In this document: piece by piece, positions 16,843 to 27,017 of the stretch | Layout of the letters: the number at the start of each line of letters is the position of its first letter | Position numbering within the stretch: position 1 is the stretch's first letter | Assembly: GCA_036261085.1 (NCBI GenBank) | Contig: DATALK010000184.1 | Location: forward strand, 1 to 43,255 | From: Phototrophicaceae bacterium | Lineage (GTDB): Bacteria; Chloroflexota; Anaerolineae; Aggregatilineales; Phototrophicaceae | Reading direction: 5' to 3' | Length of the DNA stretch: 43,255 nt | Program-made: the position numbers and the translations under genes | The notes under the pieces: model-generated | Told to the model about the DNA's origin: nothing | The model's database searches: none | The model's input: the letters and a program-made list of their open reading frames with translations, nothing else

Positions 16843-17571
16843 ATGGTTGATTTTCCCGAAACAGCCGACATTGAAACCGCGTCAGAAGACTATGCTCGCC
16901 GCTTCTCCGGCGCGGTTGGCGCGTGGTTTCTGAACATCCAAACAGCAGCCACGCTGAAAATGCTGGCGGATTATCCCTGCGCCAGTGTCCTGGATGTGGG
17001 CGGCGGTCACGGTCAGATTGCCGGAGCCTTAGCCGACCACGAATATCAGGTGACGGTGCTGGGCAGCACCGAAAGTTGCAGCGCCCGCATTCAAGACTTG
17101 ATTACGGCACGCCGTGTTACCTTTCAGGTCGGCAATGTGCTGGACATCCCCTACCCCGATCAGCACTTTGATGTGGTCATCAGCTACCGCCTGCTGCCCC
17201 ATGTCACCCAATGGGAGCCATTTCTGGCGGAACTCACGCGCGTTGCCCGCCAGACAGTGGTGCTGGACTATCCCGAAGTCCAGAGTATCAATTACATCGC
17301 GCCGTATTTGTTCCGCTTTAAGAAACAGCTTGAGGGTAATACCCGCACCTACACCTGCTTCAAACAAGCCGACTTATTGCGGGTCTTCCAGCAGCATGGT
17401 TTCACCTATGCCGACGTCTACAAGGAATTTTTCTTCCCGATGGTGCTGCATCGTAAACTCCAAACACCGGGAGTGTCTTCAGTCCTGGAAACCGGCAGCC
17501 GCGCGCTCCGCTTAACGAGTCTGCTGGGGTCGCCCGTCATCCTGAAAGTCGTTCGGGAGAACCCAAAATGA
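16843..17571 (+). CDS. Class I SAM-dependent methyltransferase
   Basis: VLDVGGGHG, IPYPDQHFDVVIS, FLAELTRVAR. Confidence 0.85.
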   Translation: MVDFPETADIETASEDYARRFSGAVGAWFLNIQTAATLKMLADYPCASVLDVGGGHGQIAGALADHEYQVTVLGSTESCSARIQDLITARRVTFQVGNVLDIPYPDQHFDVVISYRLLPHVTQWEPFLAELTRVARQTVVLDYPEVQSINYIAPYLFRFKKQLEGNTRTYTCFKQADLLRVFQQHGFTYADVYKEFFFPMVLHRKLQTPGVSSVLETGSRALRLTSLLGSPVILKVVRENPK

Positions 17572-18755
17572 AAATTTTGTTTTTAGCGCCCATGCCGGTT
17601 TATCAGGAACGCGGTTCACCGATTGCCGTGAAGTTGCTGCTGGAAGTGTTATCGCAGCGCGGCTGTGAAGTGGATGCGCTTGTTTTTCATGAAGGCGAAG
17701 ATTTTCAACTGAAGGATTTGACCTTATACCGCACCCCGGCGCTGCCATTTGTGCGGAATATTCGGCCCGGTTTTTCGCTGAAAAAACTCGTTTGTGACGT
17801 CTTCCTGTTTTTTATAGCTCTGCGGTTAATCCTCACCCGCCGCTACCAGTTCATTTACGCGGTGGAAGAATCCGCCTTCATGGCGCTGATTTTTAAAGCC
17901 ATTTTTCGTATCCCCTATATTTATGATATGGACTCCTCCCTGGCCCAGCAGATGGTCGAAAAATACGTCTTTCTCCGCCTGGCTGCGCCAGTCCTGAGTT
18001 TTTTTGAGGGGTTAGCTGTCAACCACGCCGCCGCCGTTGTGCCGGTCTGTGACGCGCTGGCCGATGTGAGCGCGCAGTATCACCCGCAAAAAACCGTTGT
18101 CCTCTATGATGTGCCGCAATTGGATAAAGGCGGGAAGACTACAGAAAATCTCCGCCAGCAGCTCGGAATCACCGGTGTGCTGGCAATGTATGTTGGCAAT
18201 CTGGAAACCTACCAGGGTCTCGATTTACTGCTGGCAAGTTTCGCCCTGGCCCAAACGCGCATAAATAATCTGAGTCTGGTCGTTATCGGCGGCGCGCCGG
18301 AACACATCGAACGCTATCAGCAGCAAACCACCGCCTTGAATCTCCAACCGCAGGTGCATTTTATTGGGCCAAGACCGGTAGATCAGTTATCCGCCTATCT
18401 GGAACAAGCCGATATTCTGGTTTCACCGCGCATCAAAGGCATTAACACGCCGATGAAGGTTTACTCTTACCTTGCCAGCGGCAAGCCGGTATTAGCCACC
18501 GATCTCCGCACCCATACCCAGATACTTGACCGGCAGGTAGCGGTACTGGCCGCCCCTGAAGCTCCCGCTTTTGCCGAAGCGTTGGTGCAGTTGGCAAGTG
18601 ATGCGCCGCTGCGCCAGCAGTTGGGGGCCAACGGCCAGCGGTTAATTGCTGAAAAGCACAATTACGCGGCTTTCCTGGCCGCCGTTAACGGCCTGCTGGA
18701 TTGGATGACGGGTTCACTGCCACCGCGCCAGGAATACGAGGGACAGCATGTTTAG
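17568..18755 (+). CDS. GT4 glycosyltransferase
   Basis: MKILFL, YVGNL..YQGLDLL, ADILVSP, TPMKVYSYLASGKPVLATD. Confidence 0.9.
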   Translation: MKILFLAPMPVYQERGSPIAVKLLLEVLSQRGCEVDALVFHEGEDFQLKDLTLYRTPALPFVRNIRPGFSLKKLVCDVFLFFIALRLILTRRYQFIYAVEESAFMALIFKAIFRIPYIYDMDSSLAQQMVEKYVFLRLAAPVLSFFEGLAVNHAAAVVPVCDALADVSAQYHPQKTVVLYDVPQLDKGGKTTENLRQQLGITGVLAMYVGNLETYQGLDLLLASFALAQTRINNLSLVVIGGAPEHIERYQQQTTALNLQPQVHFIGPRPVDQLSAYLEQADILVSPRIKGINTPMKVYSYLASGKPVLATDLRTHTQILDRQVAVLAAPEAPAFAEALVQLASDAPLRQQLGANGQRLIAEKHNYAAFLAAVNGLLDWMTGSLPPRQEYEGQHV

Positions 18756-20442
18756 GAATCTGAACGCCCTCGCCCAAAAACAATTTGATGTGTTGGTCAT
18801 CGGCGGCGGCATTTATGGCGCTGCCGTAACCTGGGAAGCCGCCTCGCGCGGCCTCTCGGTAGCGCTGGTGGAAAAAGACGACTTCTGCGGCGCAACTTCC
18901 GCCAACAGCCTCAAGACCATTCATGGCGGCCTGCGTTATTTGCAGCACGCCGACTTCCAGCGAATGCGTGAGTCTATCAGCGAACGCACCACCTTAATGC
19001 GGATCGCCCCACATCTGATTCACCCGCTGCCGGTGCTGGTTCCCACCTACGGCCACCGCCTGAAGGGGCGGGAAGTCATGGCGCTGGCAACTTTCGCCAA
19101 TGACCTTATCAGTTTTGACCGCAACTTACCCGACCCGGAAAAACGCCTGCCGCATGGATACACCATTTCTCGGCGCGAATGTTTACAACGACTGCCCGGT
19201 ATTCCCGAAAACAATCTGACCGGCGGCGCCGTTTTTTATGATGCGCAGGCCTATAACACGGAACGACTGGTCATTGACTTCCTGCATTCCGCCGTCCAAT
19301 CGGGCGCGGAAGTCGCCAATTATGTCCAGGCTGTCGGCTTCCGGCGGCAAGCGAACAAAGTTATTGGCATTGAGGCCCGCGACCATCTGACCGGCAGCAC
19401 CTTTGACATCCAGGCCAGGATGATTATTAACACGGCTGGCCCCTGGGTGAATTCGGTCTTGGGTTTATTAGGCCCCGCCCAACCGCCGGCCCAATTAGCC
19501 CTGTCTATGAACATCATCACCCGCCCGCTGTTTGAGCGGTTCGCCGTTGGCCTCTCCGCACCCAAAAGTTATCAGGATGCGGATGCGCTGCTCAATAAAG
19601 GCAATCGCCTGTTGTTTTTCTCGCCCTGGCGTGATCGTTCCCTGATTGGCACCACCGCCGATCCCTATCATGGCGCACCAGATAACTTCGAAATCACGGA
19701 AACCGAGGTGCAGCGTTTCCTGAATGAAATCAATCAGGCGTATCCCGCTGCTAATTTGACGCTCGATGACGTGACATTTGTCCACGCGGGCCTGCTGCCA
19801 TCACCGGGGATTGACCACAAATCGGGAGATGCCCGCATTGCCAAACACTATCAACTGATTGACCACCGCCAGGCCGGGATTGACGGCCTCCTTACCGTGG
19901 TGGGCGTCAAATACACCACCGCGCGCCATGTCGCCGAAAAAGTTATTGACCACGTATCCACGCGCCAGGAAAAACCATTGCCCAAATCTACCTCAGCCAT
20001 GACTAGGTTGCACGGCGGGCAGATTGACCGTTTTGATGACTTTTTGCAGACAGCTGTTCAGCAGCAGCCGTGTGGCCTGGACGCCAGTACCCTGCGCCAT
20101 CTGGTTTACACCTATGGCTCGAACTATCCCACCGTCTTGCAATCCTTTGATATGCAGACAACCGCCAACCTGGGAATGACCCGATCATTACTCCAGGCGG
20201 AGACGCGACACGCTGTTCGCCAGGAAATGGCGCAAACCTTAGGGGATGTCTTGTTCCGGCGGACGGATTGGGGTAGCGCCGGACATCCCGGCGCGGAGGT
20301 TGTCGCCTTTACTGCCGAGGTTATGGCGGCGGAATTAGGCTGGACACCCGATCACACCCGGCAGGAAATTGAAGCCGTAAATACCCGATTTGCCTTTGGA
20401 CGGGGGACATATGCAGCAGCATTGGCCGGTTCAACTCTTTAA
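18748..20442 (+). CDS. FAD-dependent glycerol-3-phosphate dehydrogenase/oxidase family protein
   Basis: DVLVIGGGIYG, ATSANSLKTIHGGLRYL, NTAGPW, LIGTT, KYTTAR..AE, EMA.TL.DVLFRRT. Confidence 0.85.
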   Translation: MFRNLNALAQKQFDVLVIGGGIYGAAVTWEAASRGLSVALVEKDDFCGATSANSLKTIHGGLRYLQHADFQRMRESISERTTLMRIAPHLIHPLPVLVPTYGHRLKGREVMALATFANDLISFDRNLPDPEKRLPHGYTISRRECLQRLPGIPENNLTGGAVFYDAQAYNTERLVIDFLHSAVQSGAEVANYVQAVGFRRQANKVIGIEARDHLTGSTFDIQARMIINTAGPWVNSVLGLLGPAQPPAQLALSMNIITRPLFERFAVGLSAPKSYQDADALLNKGNRLLFFSPWRDRSLIGTTADPYHGAPDNFEITETEVQRFLNEINQAYPAANLTLDDVTFVHAGLLPSPGIDHKSGDARIAKHYQLIDHRQAGIDGLLTVVGVKYTTARHVAEKVIDHVSTRQEKPLPKSTSAMTRLHGGQIDRFDDFLQTAVQQQPCGLDASTLRHLVYTYGSNYPTVLQSFDMQTTANLGMTRSLLQAETRHAVRQEMAQTLGDVLFRRTDWGSAGHPGAEVVAFTAEVMAAELGWTPDHTRQEIEAVNTRFAFGRGTYAAALAGSTL

Positions 20443-21235
20443 TAAATCCAGGCTCAAGCAGCGCAAATACCAAGAAATCACAGCGCTGTTAGGCAACTTT
20501 GACGGTCTCCATTGTCTGGACATTGGCTCCGATAATGGCGTGATTAGTTATCTGCTGCGCCAGCAGGGTGGCATCTGGAAAAGTGCCGACCTGGAAAAGC
20601 TGACGGTGGATTCGATCCGCGAACTGGTGCAGACCGATGTTTACCAGATTAACGGCCAGGAGACCCCTTTTGCCGATAACGAATTTGATGTTGTCGTGAT
20701 CGTGGACTTTCTCGAACACATCCCGGATGATCGCGCCTTTGTAACCGAGTTATACCGCATTCTCAAACCCGGCGGCACGCTCATCATCAATGTGCCGCAC
20801 CTTAAAAACTCGCTGCTACGCCGCTTCCGGTATGCCCTCGGCCAGACAGACGAAAAACACGGTCATTTGCGTCCTGGCTACACCATTGAAACCATCCGGC
20901 AGCTTCTCAGTGACCGCTTTGCGGTGGATACCTCCAAAACCTATTCCAAATTTTTCTCAGAGTGGATTGACACGCTGATTGTCTGGACGGTCAATCTGGC
21001 AAAAGGCGGTCAGGCCAATGCCTCAAAAAAAGGGCTGGTGATTACCGGGAATGATTTAAAGAACTACCAGAAAATGTTCCGACTCTATTCGCTGATTTAT
21101 CCGGTGGTTTGGCTCTTCTCCAAACTCGATACGCTATTGTTTTTTTCCACCGGTTACGTGTTGATTGTCAAAGCGCATTCTAATAAGTCACCGGTTGCGG
21201 TGATGGTACATGCAGAACGGGAGATTCAAGTATGA
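20411..21235 (+). CDS. Class I SAM-dependent methyltransferase
   Basis: CLDIGSDNG, PFADNEFDVV, LEHIPDD, RILKPGG. Confidence 0.85.
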   Translation: MQQHWPVQLFNKSRLKQRKYQEITALLGNFDGLHCLDIGSDNGVISYLLRQQGGIWKSADLEKLTVDSIRELVQTDVYQINGQETPFADNEFDVVVIVDFLEHIPDDRAFVTELYRILKPGGTLIINVPHLKNSLLRRFRYALGQTDEKHGHLRPGYTIETIRQLLSDRFAVDTSKTYSKFFSEWIDTLIVWTVNLAKGGQANASKKGLVITGNDLKNYQKMFRLYSLIYPVVWLFSKLDTLLFFSTGYVLIVKAHSNKSPVAVMVHAEREIQV

Positions 21236-22236
21236 CGGAAACGAAGCCAACACAGCGTATTTTTGTCACCGGCGGGACGGGTTTTACCGGCAGCCATCTG
21301 GTAAAACGCCTGCTTCAGCGCGGGCATGAGGTGGTGACAGTAGATAATCAGAAGGGGATGTTCTACGATGAACTGGTGAAACTTGGCGCACAAGTCACTA
21401 TCGGCTCGGTCACAGATCGGGACTTGATGTTCAAGCTCACCGAAGGCTGTGACACGGTGCATCACCTGGCCGCGGCTTTCCGGGCAATTAATCTCCCCAA
21501 GGAGATGTATTGGAATATCAACGTCGAAGGCACGCGCCATCTGCTCGATGCCGCCATGCAATATAACGTCAAAAAGTTTGTCTATTGCAGCACATGTGGT
21601 GTTCACGGCAATGTCCAGCAGCCGCCAGCAGCGGAAACCGCGCCCATCACCCCTGCCGACTACTACCAGTACACCAAGTACGAAGGGGAAAAGGTCGCGC
21701 AGGACTATATCCAGAAAGGGCTGGATGTCACCATTCTGCGGCCCGCAGCAATCTACGGCCCCGGTGATCCTGAACGTTGGGTGATGTTGTTTAAACACGC
21801 CGCGCGGGGTCGCTTCTTCATGTTCGGCTCCGGCAAGGCCACTTATCATCCCCTCTATATTGAAAATCTGGTGGATGCCTTTGAACTCGCCGCCGAGAAA
21901 GAAGCCGCCAGAGGCCAAACCTACCTCATCGCCGACGAATGTTATTACACCTTAAACGATCTGGTGCGCACCGTTGGCGACGTTTTAAACCTCAAGGTGC
22001 AGATTACCCATCTCCCCTTCTGGCCGTTGTGGACTGTCGCCCTGGCGACAGAAATCGCCTGCCTACCTTTCCGCATTTCACCCCCGATTTTCCGGCGGCG
22101 CGTGGATTGGTATCGCCAAAACCGCGCCTTTGACATCAGCAAAGCCAAGCGCGAATTAGGTTACAACCCGCGCATTGATCTGAAAACCGGCTTAACGCAA
22201 ACGGCTCAGTGGTATCGGCAGCATCAATACATCTAA
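21232..22236 (+). CDS. NAD-dependent epimerase/dehydratase (extended SDR)
   Basis: VTGGTGFTGS, HLAA, YQYTK (YxxxK), RPAAIYGPGD. Confidence 0.9.
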   Translation: MTETKPTQRIFVTGGTGFTGSHLVKRLLQRGHEVVTVDNQKGMFYDELVKLGAQVTIGSVTDRDLMFKLTEGCDTVHHLAAAFRAINLPKEMYWNINVEGTRHLLDAAMQYNVKKFVYCSTCGVHGNVQQPPAAETAPITPADYYQYTKYEGEKVAQDYIQKGLDVTILRPAAIYGPGDPERWVMLFKHAARGRFFMFGSGKATYHPLYIENLVDAFELAAEKEAARGQTYLIADECYYTLNDLVRTVGDVLNLKVQITHLPFWPLWTVALATEIACLPFRISPPIFRRRVDWYRQNRAFDISKAKRELGYNPRIDLKTGLTQTAQWYRQHQYI

Positions 22237-22250
22237 CGAAAGGGCTGACT

Positions 22251-24182
22251 ATGTGCGGAATTTGCGGGGAATGGAACGACGATGGTGCGAGTTTAGGCCA
22301 ACTGGTCACGATGGCCGACAAAATCCGGCATCGTGGGCCGGATGATGACGGCTTTTACGTCCACGAAAAAACGGGGTTAGCCAGCCGCCGTTTGAGCATT
22401 ATTGACCTGAGTACTGGCAAACAGCCCATCTTCAACGAAGATCAAACCATCGCCATTGTTTTTAATGGCGAAATCTACAACTACCCCGAACTGCGCCAGC
22501 ACCTGATCGAATGTGGGCATCAGTTTGTGACTAAAACCGACACCGAAGTAATTGTTCACCTCTACGAACAGTACGGCGTCGACAGCGTCAAAAAACTTCA
22601 GGGCATGTTTTCGTTTGCCATCTGGGATGACCGCCAGCAGCGCTTGTTCATCGCCCGCGATCCGCTGGGACAAAAACACATCTACTACCGTTACCAACCT
22701 GGCCGCCGGTTTATGTTTGGTTCGGAAATCAAAGCGCTGCTGGAAGACGATTTTACCCGCGCCCTGAACACCCGCGCGATGCACAATCTCCTGTCGCTGC
22801 GCTGCATCCCTGACGATGACACCCTGTTCGAGGGCATTCAGAAGCTGCCTGCCGGTCACTTCCTGCTTTTGGAAAACGGCCAACTAACCATTTCCCAGTA
22901 CTGGGATTTGCAGTATACAAACAAACTCAGCGGCTCGGACGAGGACATCACCGAACAACTCCGCCAACTGCTGGTGGACACCGTTCAAAGTCACATGCTG
23001 AGTGATGTTCCATTGGGAACGTTTCTGAGCGGCGGCATTGACTCGTCACTCATCACCGCCATCATGTGTGAGCTGTCCAGCACCCCCGTAAAAACCTTTG
23101 CCATTGGCGTCACCGAAGACAGCTTTAACGAACTTCCCTACGCGCGGCAGGTCGCCGAACGTTACCACACCGAACATCACGAATTTGTGGTTGAACCCAA
23201 CTTTATCGCTACCCTGCCGGAAATGATGTGGTACATGGAAGAACCGGTTGACCCCTTTGCTTTTGGCGTTTATTCCGTGTCCAAACTGGCGCGGCAGCAT
23301 GTGAAGGTGGCACTCGGCGGTGATGGTGGTGATGAAATGTTTGCCGGTTATGATCGCTACGTCGGCAATCAACTGGTTGACCTGTACTGTCTGCTGCCGC
23401 GTGCGATGCGCTCCCACATCGTCGAACCCATCATCCGGCAGTTACCGGATAACTTCAGTTACAACAACCGCGTCCAAAAGCTGCGCTGGATGGTCGCCAT
23501 GTCCAACAGCGATGCCAGCGAACGCTACGCCCAGAGCGCGATTTTCCTGCGTTTCAGCCACGAACACAAACAGGAGCTTTACAGCACCTCCCTGTGGCAG
23601 CAGTTGGAACGCCAGAATTCGATGGACTATCTCGTCCGGCTGTTTGAAGCTGACAACGCCCACGAAGCGGTTGACAAAATGCTCTATACCGATGTGAAAT
23701 CCCGCTTAGCCGATCATCTCCTGGTCGTTAATGACCGCATGACGATGGCGCACAGTCTGGAAGGCCGTTCCCCCTATGTGGATCACAAGCTGGCTGAATT
23801 TGCCGCCGCTGTGCCATCACGCTTGAAAATTCACGGGCGCCGCCTGAAACATATTTTGCGGCAGGTCTCCAAAGCCTATCTACCGGATGATCTGGTTGAA
23901 CGCCCCAAACACGGTTTCAGCTTCCCGCTGGCGTTCTGGTTCCGCAACGAACTCCGCGAATTAACCCGCACGCTGTTCCAGGAGTCGCGGTTGGTCGCCG
24001 CTGGCTATTTCCGCCCGGAAGCCATGTTATCCCTGCTGGATGAACACGTCAGCGGCGAGGTGGATAACAACTACCGCCTGTGGCTGCTGCTGAATCTGGA
24101 ACTCTGGTATCGGCTGTATATCGAAAATACGCCGGTAGACACCCTTCAGGGTCAACTGGTGCAGTCATTGACCGTTCATTGA
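22251..24182 (+). CDS. asnB: Asparagine synthase (glutamine-hydrolysing) family amidotransferase
   Basis: MCGICG N-terminal nucleophile, HRGPD, RRLSIIDL, FNGEIYN, LSGGIDSS, GDGGDE.F.GY. Confidence 0.92.
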   Translation: MCGICGEWNDDGASLGQLVTMADKIRHRGPDDDGFYVHEKTGLASRRLSIIDLSTGKQPIFNEDQTIAIVFNGEIYNYPELRQHLIECGHQFVTKTDTEVIVHLYEQYGVDSVKKLQGMFSFAIWDDRQQRLFIARDPLGQKHIYYRYQPGRRFMFGSEIKALLEDDFTRALNTRAMHNLLSLRCIPDDDTLFEGIQKLPAGHFLLLENGQLTISQYWDLQYTNKLSGSDEDITEQLRQLLVDTVQSHMLSDVPLGTFLSGGIDSSLITAIMCELSSTPVKTFAIGVTEDSFNELPYARQVAERYHTEHHEFVVEPNFIATLPEMMWYMEEPVDPFAFGVYSVSKLARQHVKVALGGDGGDEMFAGYDRYVGNQLVDLYCLLPRAMRSHIVEPIIRQLPDNFSYNNRVQKLRWMVAMSNSDASERYAQSAIFLRFSHEHKQELYSTSLWQQLERQNSMDYLVRLFEADNAHEAVDKMLYTDVKSRLADHLLVVNDRMTMAHSLEGRSPYVDHKLAEFAAAVPSRLKIHGRRLKHILRQVSKAYLPDDLVERPKHGFSFPLAFWFRNELRELTRTLFQESRLVAAGYFRPEAMLSLLDEHVSGEVDNNYRLWLLLNLELWYRLYIENTPVDTLQGQLVQSLTVH

Positions 24183-24211
24183 ACGAGCGACCCAATCAAA
24201 GGGGGTTCAGA

Positions 24212-25183
24212 TTGTTCAAACAGCTTCGACCTTATCTCACGATTGCCATAACCGTGCTGTTACTCCTCCTGGTCTTCCATAATGTTGGCCTGGAGGAGTT
24301 AGTCGGAACCCTGGCCCAGGCCGAGATCGAATTCATTTTGCTGGCCCTGTTCATCGGGCCAGCTCTAAACTTTATCAGCGCCGTGAAATGGCAGCTCCTG
24401 CTGCGTTCTCAGGGAATTGATTTACCCATCGGGTATCTGTTTAAGCTCTATCTGGTCGGCATCTTCTTTAATAACTTTTTACCGACCAACGTCGGCGGCG
24501 ATGTCATCCGCAGTTATGAAGTCGGAAAACGGATTAACAATCAGCCTTCGGGCCTGGCCTCCGTTTTTATGGAACGGCTGACTGGTTTTGTAATTCTCGT
24601 GCTGGTCGCCTGGATTGGATTTTTAGTTCACCTGTCGGTGGTAAATCATCCTGTTCTAACGGCGGTTATGCTCATTGCGGTCATCGGCTTGGCAGGCATC
24701 GCCTGGTTAGCGCTGGATGCCCGTCTATTACGCTTGGTTGAACAGCTGCTGCCCTTCGCCCCGGCCCAGAAATACATCGCCGTGTTCAAGAAATTCCAGA
24801 CGGCACTGCAAGGCTATCGCCAACAACCCAGAGCTTTAGGAACCGCCTTTGCCCTCTCGTTTGTCTTTTACCTGGGCAACATTTTTTATGCCTTTGCCGC
24901 TTCCCAGGCGTTTCACCCGGAAATACTGCTGCTCGATATGGTCTTTATCATGCCCATCACGATGGTTGTCGCCATGATGCCCTTCACCTTTAACGGGATT
25001 GGCCTGCAAGAATGGTCGTATGTGTTGTTATTTCCGTTAGTGGGCGTCCCCGCATCCGTTGGCTTATCCGCCATTATCCTGATTCGTGCCGTGACCTTAG
25101 TGACGGCGGTTGTCGGTGCCTTCTTTTACATGCAGATCAAGGCTAAAGGGGGCGGAACCCTTTCGGCCAACGCTGCGCCGTAA
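24212..25183 (+). CDS. LPG-synthase-TM / flippase-like membrane protein
   Basis: KW..LL, FFNNFLPTNVGGD..R, SVFMERL.G, P.TFNGIGLQE. Start uncertain (TTG 24212 or 24179). Confidence 0.8.
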   Translation: MFKQLRPYLTIAITVLLLLLVFHNVGLEELVGTLAQAEIEFILLALFIGPALNFISAVKWQLLLRSQGIDLPIGYLFKLYLVGIFFNNFLPTNVGGDVIRSYEVGKRINNQPSGLASVFMERLTGFVILVLVAWIGFLVHLSVVNHPVLTAVMLIAVIGLAGIAWLALDARLLRLVEQLLPFAPAQKYIAVFKKFQTALQGYRQQPRALGTAFALSFVFYLGNIFYAFAASQAFHPEILLLDMVFIMPITMVVAMMPFTFNGIGLQEWSYVLLFPLVGVPASVGLSAIILIRAVTLVTAVVGAFFYMQIKAKGGGTLSANAAP

Positions 25184-25222
25184 CTTAGCGCTGGTATTGC
25201 ATCGGTAGGGGTGGCGCGTAGA

Positions 25223-25413
25223 CCCATAGGCATCAAGTTAAGGTTGCGGTGCGGTTGCTGACGCTGAACGCCATCCGACTACCTCGGGATAAGCCGCCTC
25301 AAGGCGGCTGAAACGCTCGCGGATGGCCCACAGCAGCCCACTTGAAGCGGGCGTAAAAACACCGTAGCCAGGGGACTTCCAGCCCCTGGCGACCTTATCT
25401 TGATGTATATGGG
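25223..25413. mobile_element. MITE-like non-autonomous element (~191 bp) with 25-bp TIRs and flanking direct repeat
   Basis: Left CCCATAGGCATCAAGTTAAGGTTGC vs reverse complement of right end CCCATATACATCAAGATAAGGTCGC (21/25). GGCGCGTAGAC repeated at 25213-25223 and 25415-25425. Confidence 0.85.
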
Positions 25414-25454
25414 CGGCGCGTAGACTGCCCGCAGACCGTAAAAGGTAAATAATT

Positions 25455-27017
25455 ATGGAATCAGCGACCACGCTCAAAACTGAAACCATCCGCATTAACG
25501 CGGTAGTCATTTTATTGGTGGGTATTGTCATCCTGGCTGCCGCCCTGCGCTTCTATGATTTGGGCGGCGAAAGTTATTGGATTGACGAAGTGACCATGCT
25601 TCAGGTCACGCAGAGTCCGCTGGAAAGCATCCTCGGCAGCGAATTTCTCGAACACGGACGGCCTCCCGCTTATGTGCTGCTCGGCTATGCCTGGACACGC
25701 GTCTTTGGCACGGGCGAAATTGCCGCCCGCTCCCTGTCCGCCGTTCTTGGTGTGGCCGGTGTCCTGGTGCTGTTCGCAGTTGGGCGGGAACTGTTTAACG
25801 AACGCATTGGCCTGATCGCCGCCCTGCTGATGTCCCTCTCGGTCTTTCAGGTTTTCCACTCCCAGGATTACCGCTATTATGCGCTCGTCGGGCTGACTAC
25901 ACTGCTGTCGTATTACTTTTTCGCCCGATTTCTCAAATACAACGCTCGCACCCCTGACTTGATTCTATACGCTATTTTCAGCGCCTTGATTATTTATTCG
26001 CACCCCTATGGCGTCTTTGCGGTGGTCGCTCAAGGTTTATATTTCATCCTGCAATGGCGGCGTTACCGTTCTATCTGGCAGCGCTGGTTATTGAGCCAGC
26101 TTCTTTTTGGCGTTCTGGCCGCCATGCCGATCCTGCTGGTCGCGCGCTCCTTCGTTGGCGGCGGCGAAACCGAGCGCTCCACGCCTACCGACTGGATTAT
26201 TAAACCCACGCTGACCACACCGCTGGGGACGTTGTTTAACTTTCTGGTCTACAGCCGCAGTTATGTGCGGCTGAGTGCGCTGGCCCTGGCGGGTGGTGTG
26301 GCCGGGTTCGGAACGCTCTTTTTTGTCGGGCGCAGCGGTTTATCAAATTGGTTAAGTGAAATCAGGCTGCTGCCTAAGGATCTCCGCCTGGATTTTTCCG
26401 GCCAATTCGGCGGCGTCCTGCTGGCTGTTTTGTGGCTGAGTGTTCCTATTGGAGCGGCTTTTATCCTATCGCTGCTGGTCACCCCCATGTATCTTGACCG
26501 CTACCTGATGTCCGCTGCACCTGCGCTGTACCTGCTGCTGGCGGTGGTCATCGTCGCCGGGCGCCGGGTTGTGCCGGAAGGGGCCAGTCTCGCGGGTCTG
26601 ATCGTGTTAATGGGTTCGGCCCTCGCGGTCTACTATCCCACCGACATCAAAGAGCAGTGGCGCGATACTGCCGCTTACGTCACGCAAAACGCGACTTCTA
26701 ACAATGCGATTGCCATTTTTGACGCCATTCTGCCGGAAGTTTCCGAAGATTCGCTGCGAACTTTCGACTGGTATTATTCCGGCGATAGCCCCTACTGCCC
26801 GCTCAATTTGACCTTAAATAATCCAGCACTGCTGGAAGCAATCCAGCAGTGTGGTCGCACCTCAGGCCGCATCTGGCTTGCCATTCGCGGCGACAATCCC
26901 GAACGGATCAACGATTTAACGACGTTTTTGGAACAAAATCCAGCAGTGAGACTGCGGGTTACCGCCGTCCTTAAGCCCAAGGGGATCGGGCTTTATTTGC
27001 TGGAATTTGAGGCTTGA
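25455..27017 (+). CDS. GT-C glycosyltransferase (GT39/PMT_2-like)
   Basis: LRFYDLGGESYWIDE, RPPAY, EIAARSLS, HSQDYRYY, RYL, KEQWR. Confidence 0.85.
   Translation: MESATTLKTETIRINAVVILLVGIVILAAALRFYDLGGESYWIDEVTMLQVTQSPLESILGSEFLEHGRPPAYVLLGYAWTRVFGTGEIAARSLSAVLGVAGVLVLFAVGRELFNERIGLIAALLMSLSVFQVFHSQDYRYYALVGLTTLLSYYFFARFLKYNARTPDLILYAIFSALIIYSHPYGVFAVVAQGLYFILQWRRYRSIWQRWLLSQLLFGVLAAMPILLVARSFVGGGETERSTPTDWIIKPTLTTPLGTLFNFLVYSRSYVRLSALALAGGVAGFGTLFFVGRSGLSNWLSEIRLLPKDLRLDFSGQFGGVLLAVLWLSVPIGAAFILSLLVTPMYLDRYLMSAAPALYLLLAVVIVAGRRVVPEGASLAGLIVLMGSALAVYYPTDIKEQWRDTAAYVTQNATSNNAIAIFDAILPEVSEDSLRTFDWYYSGDSPYCPLNLTLNNPALLEAIQQCGRTSGRIWLAIRGDNPERINDLTTFLEQNPAVRLRVTAVLKPKGIGLYLLEFEA

Noticed and set aside
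24212-25183. mprF lysyl-phosphatidylglycerol synthase
   Set aside because: Only the membrane/flippase-like domain is present, with no aminoacyl-transferase domain.
25238-25531. 97-aa ORF as the element's transposase
   Set aside because: No DDE or HUH motifs; it runs across the MITE boundary antisense to the GT-C gene.
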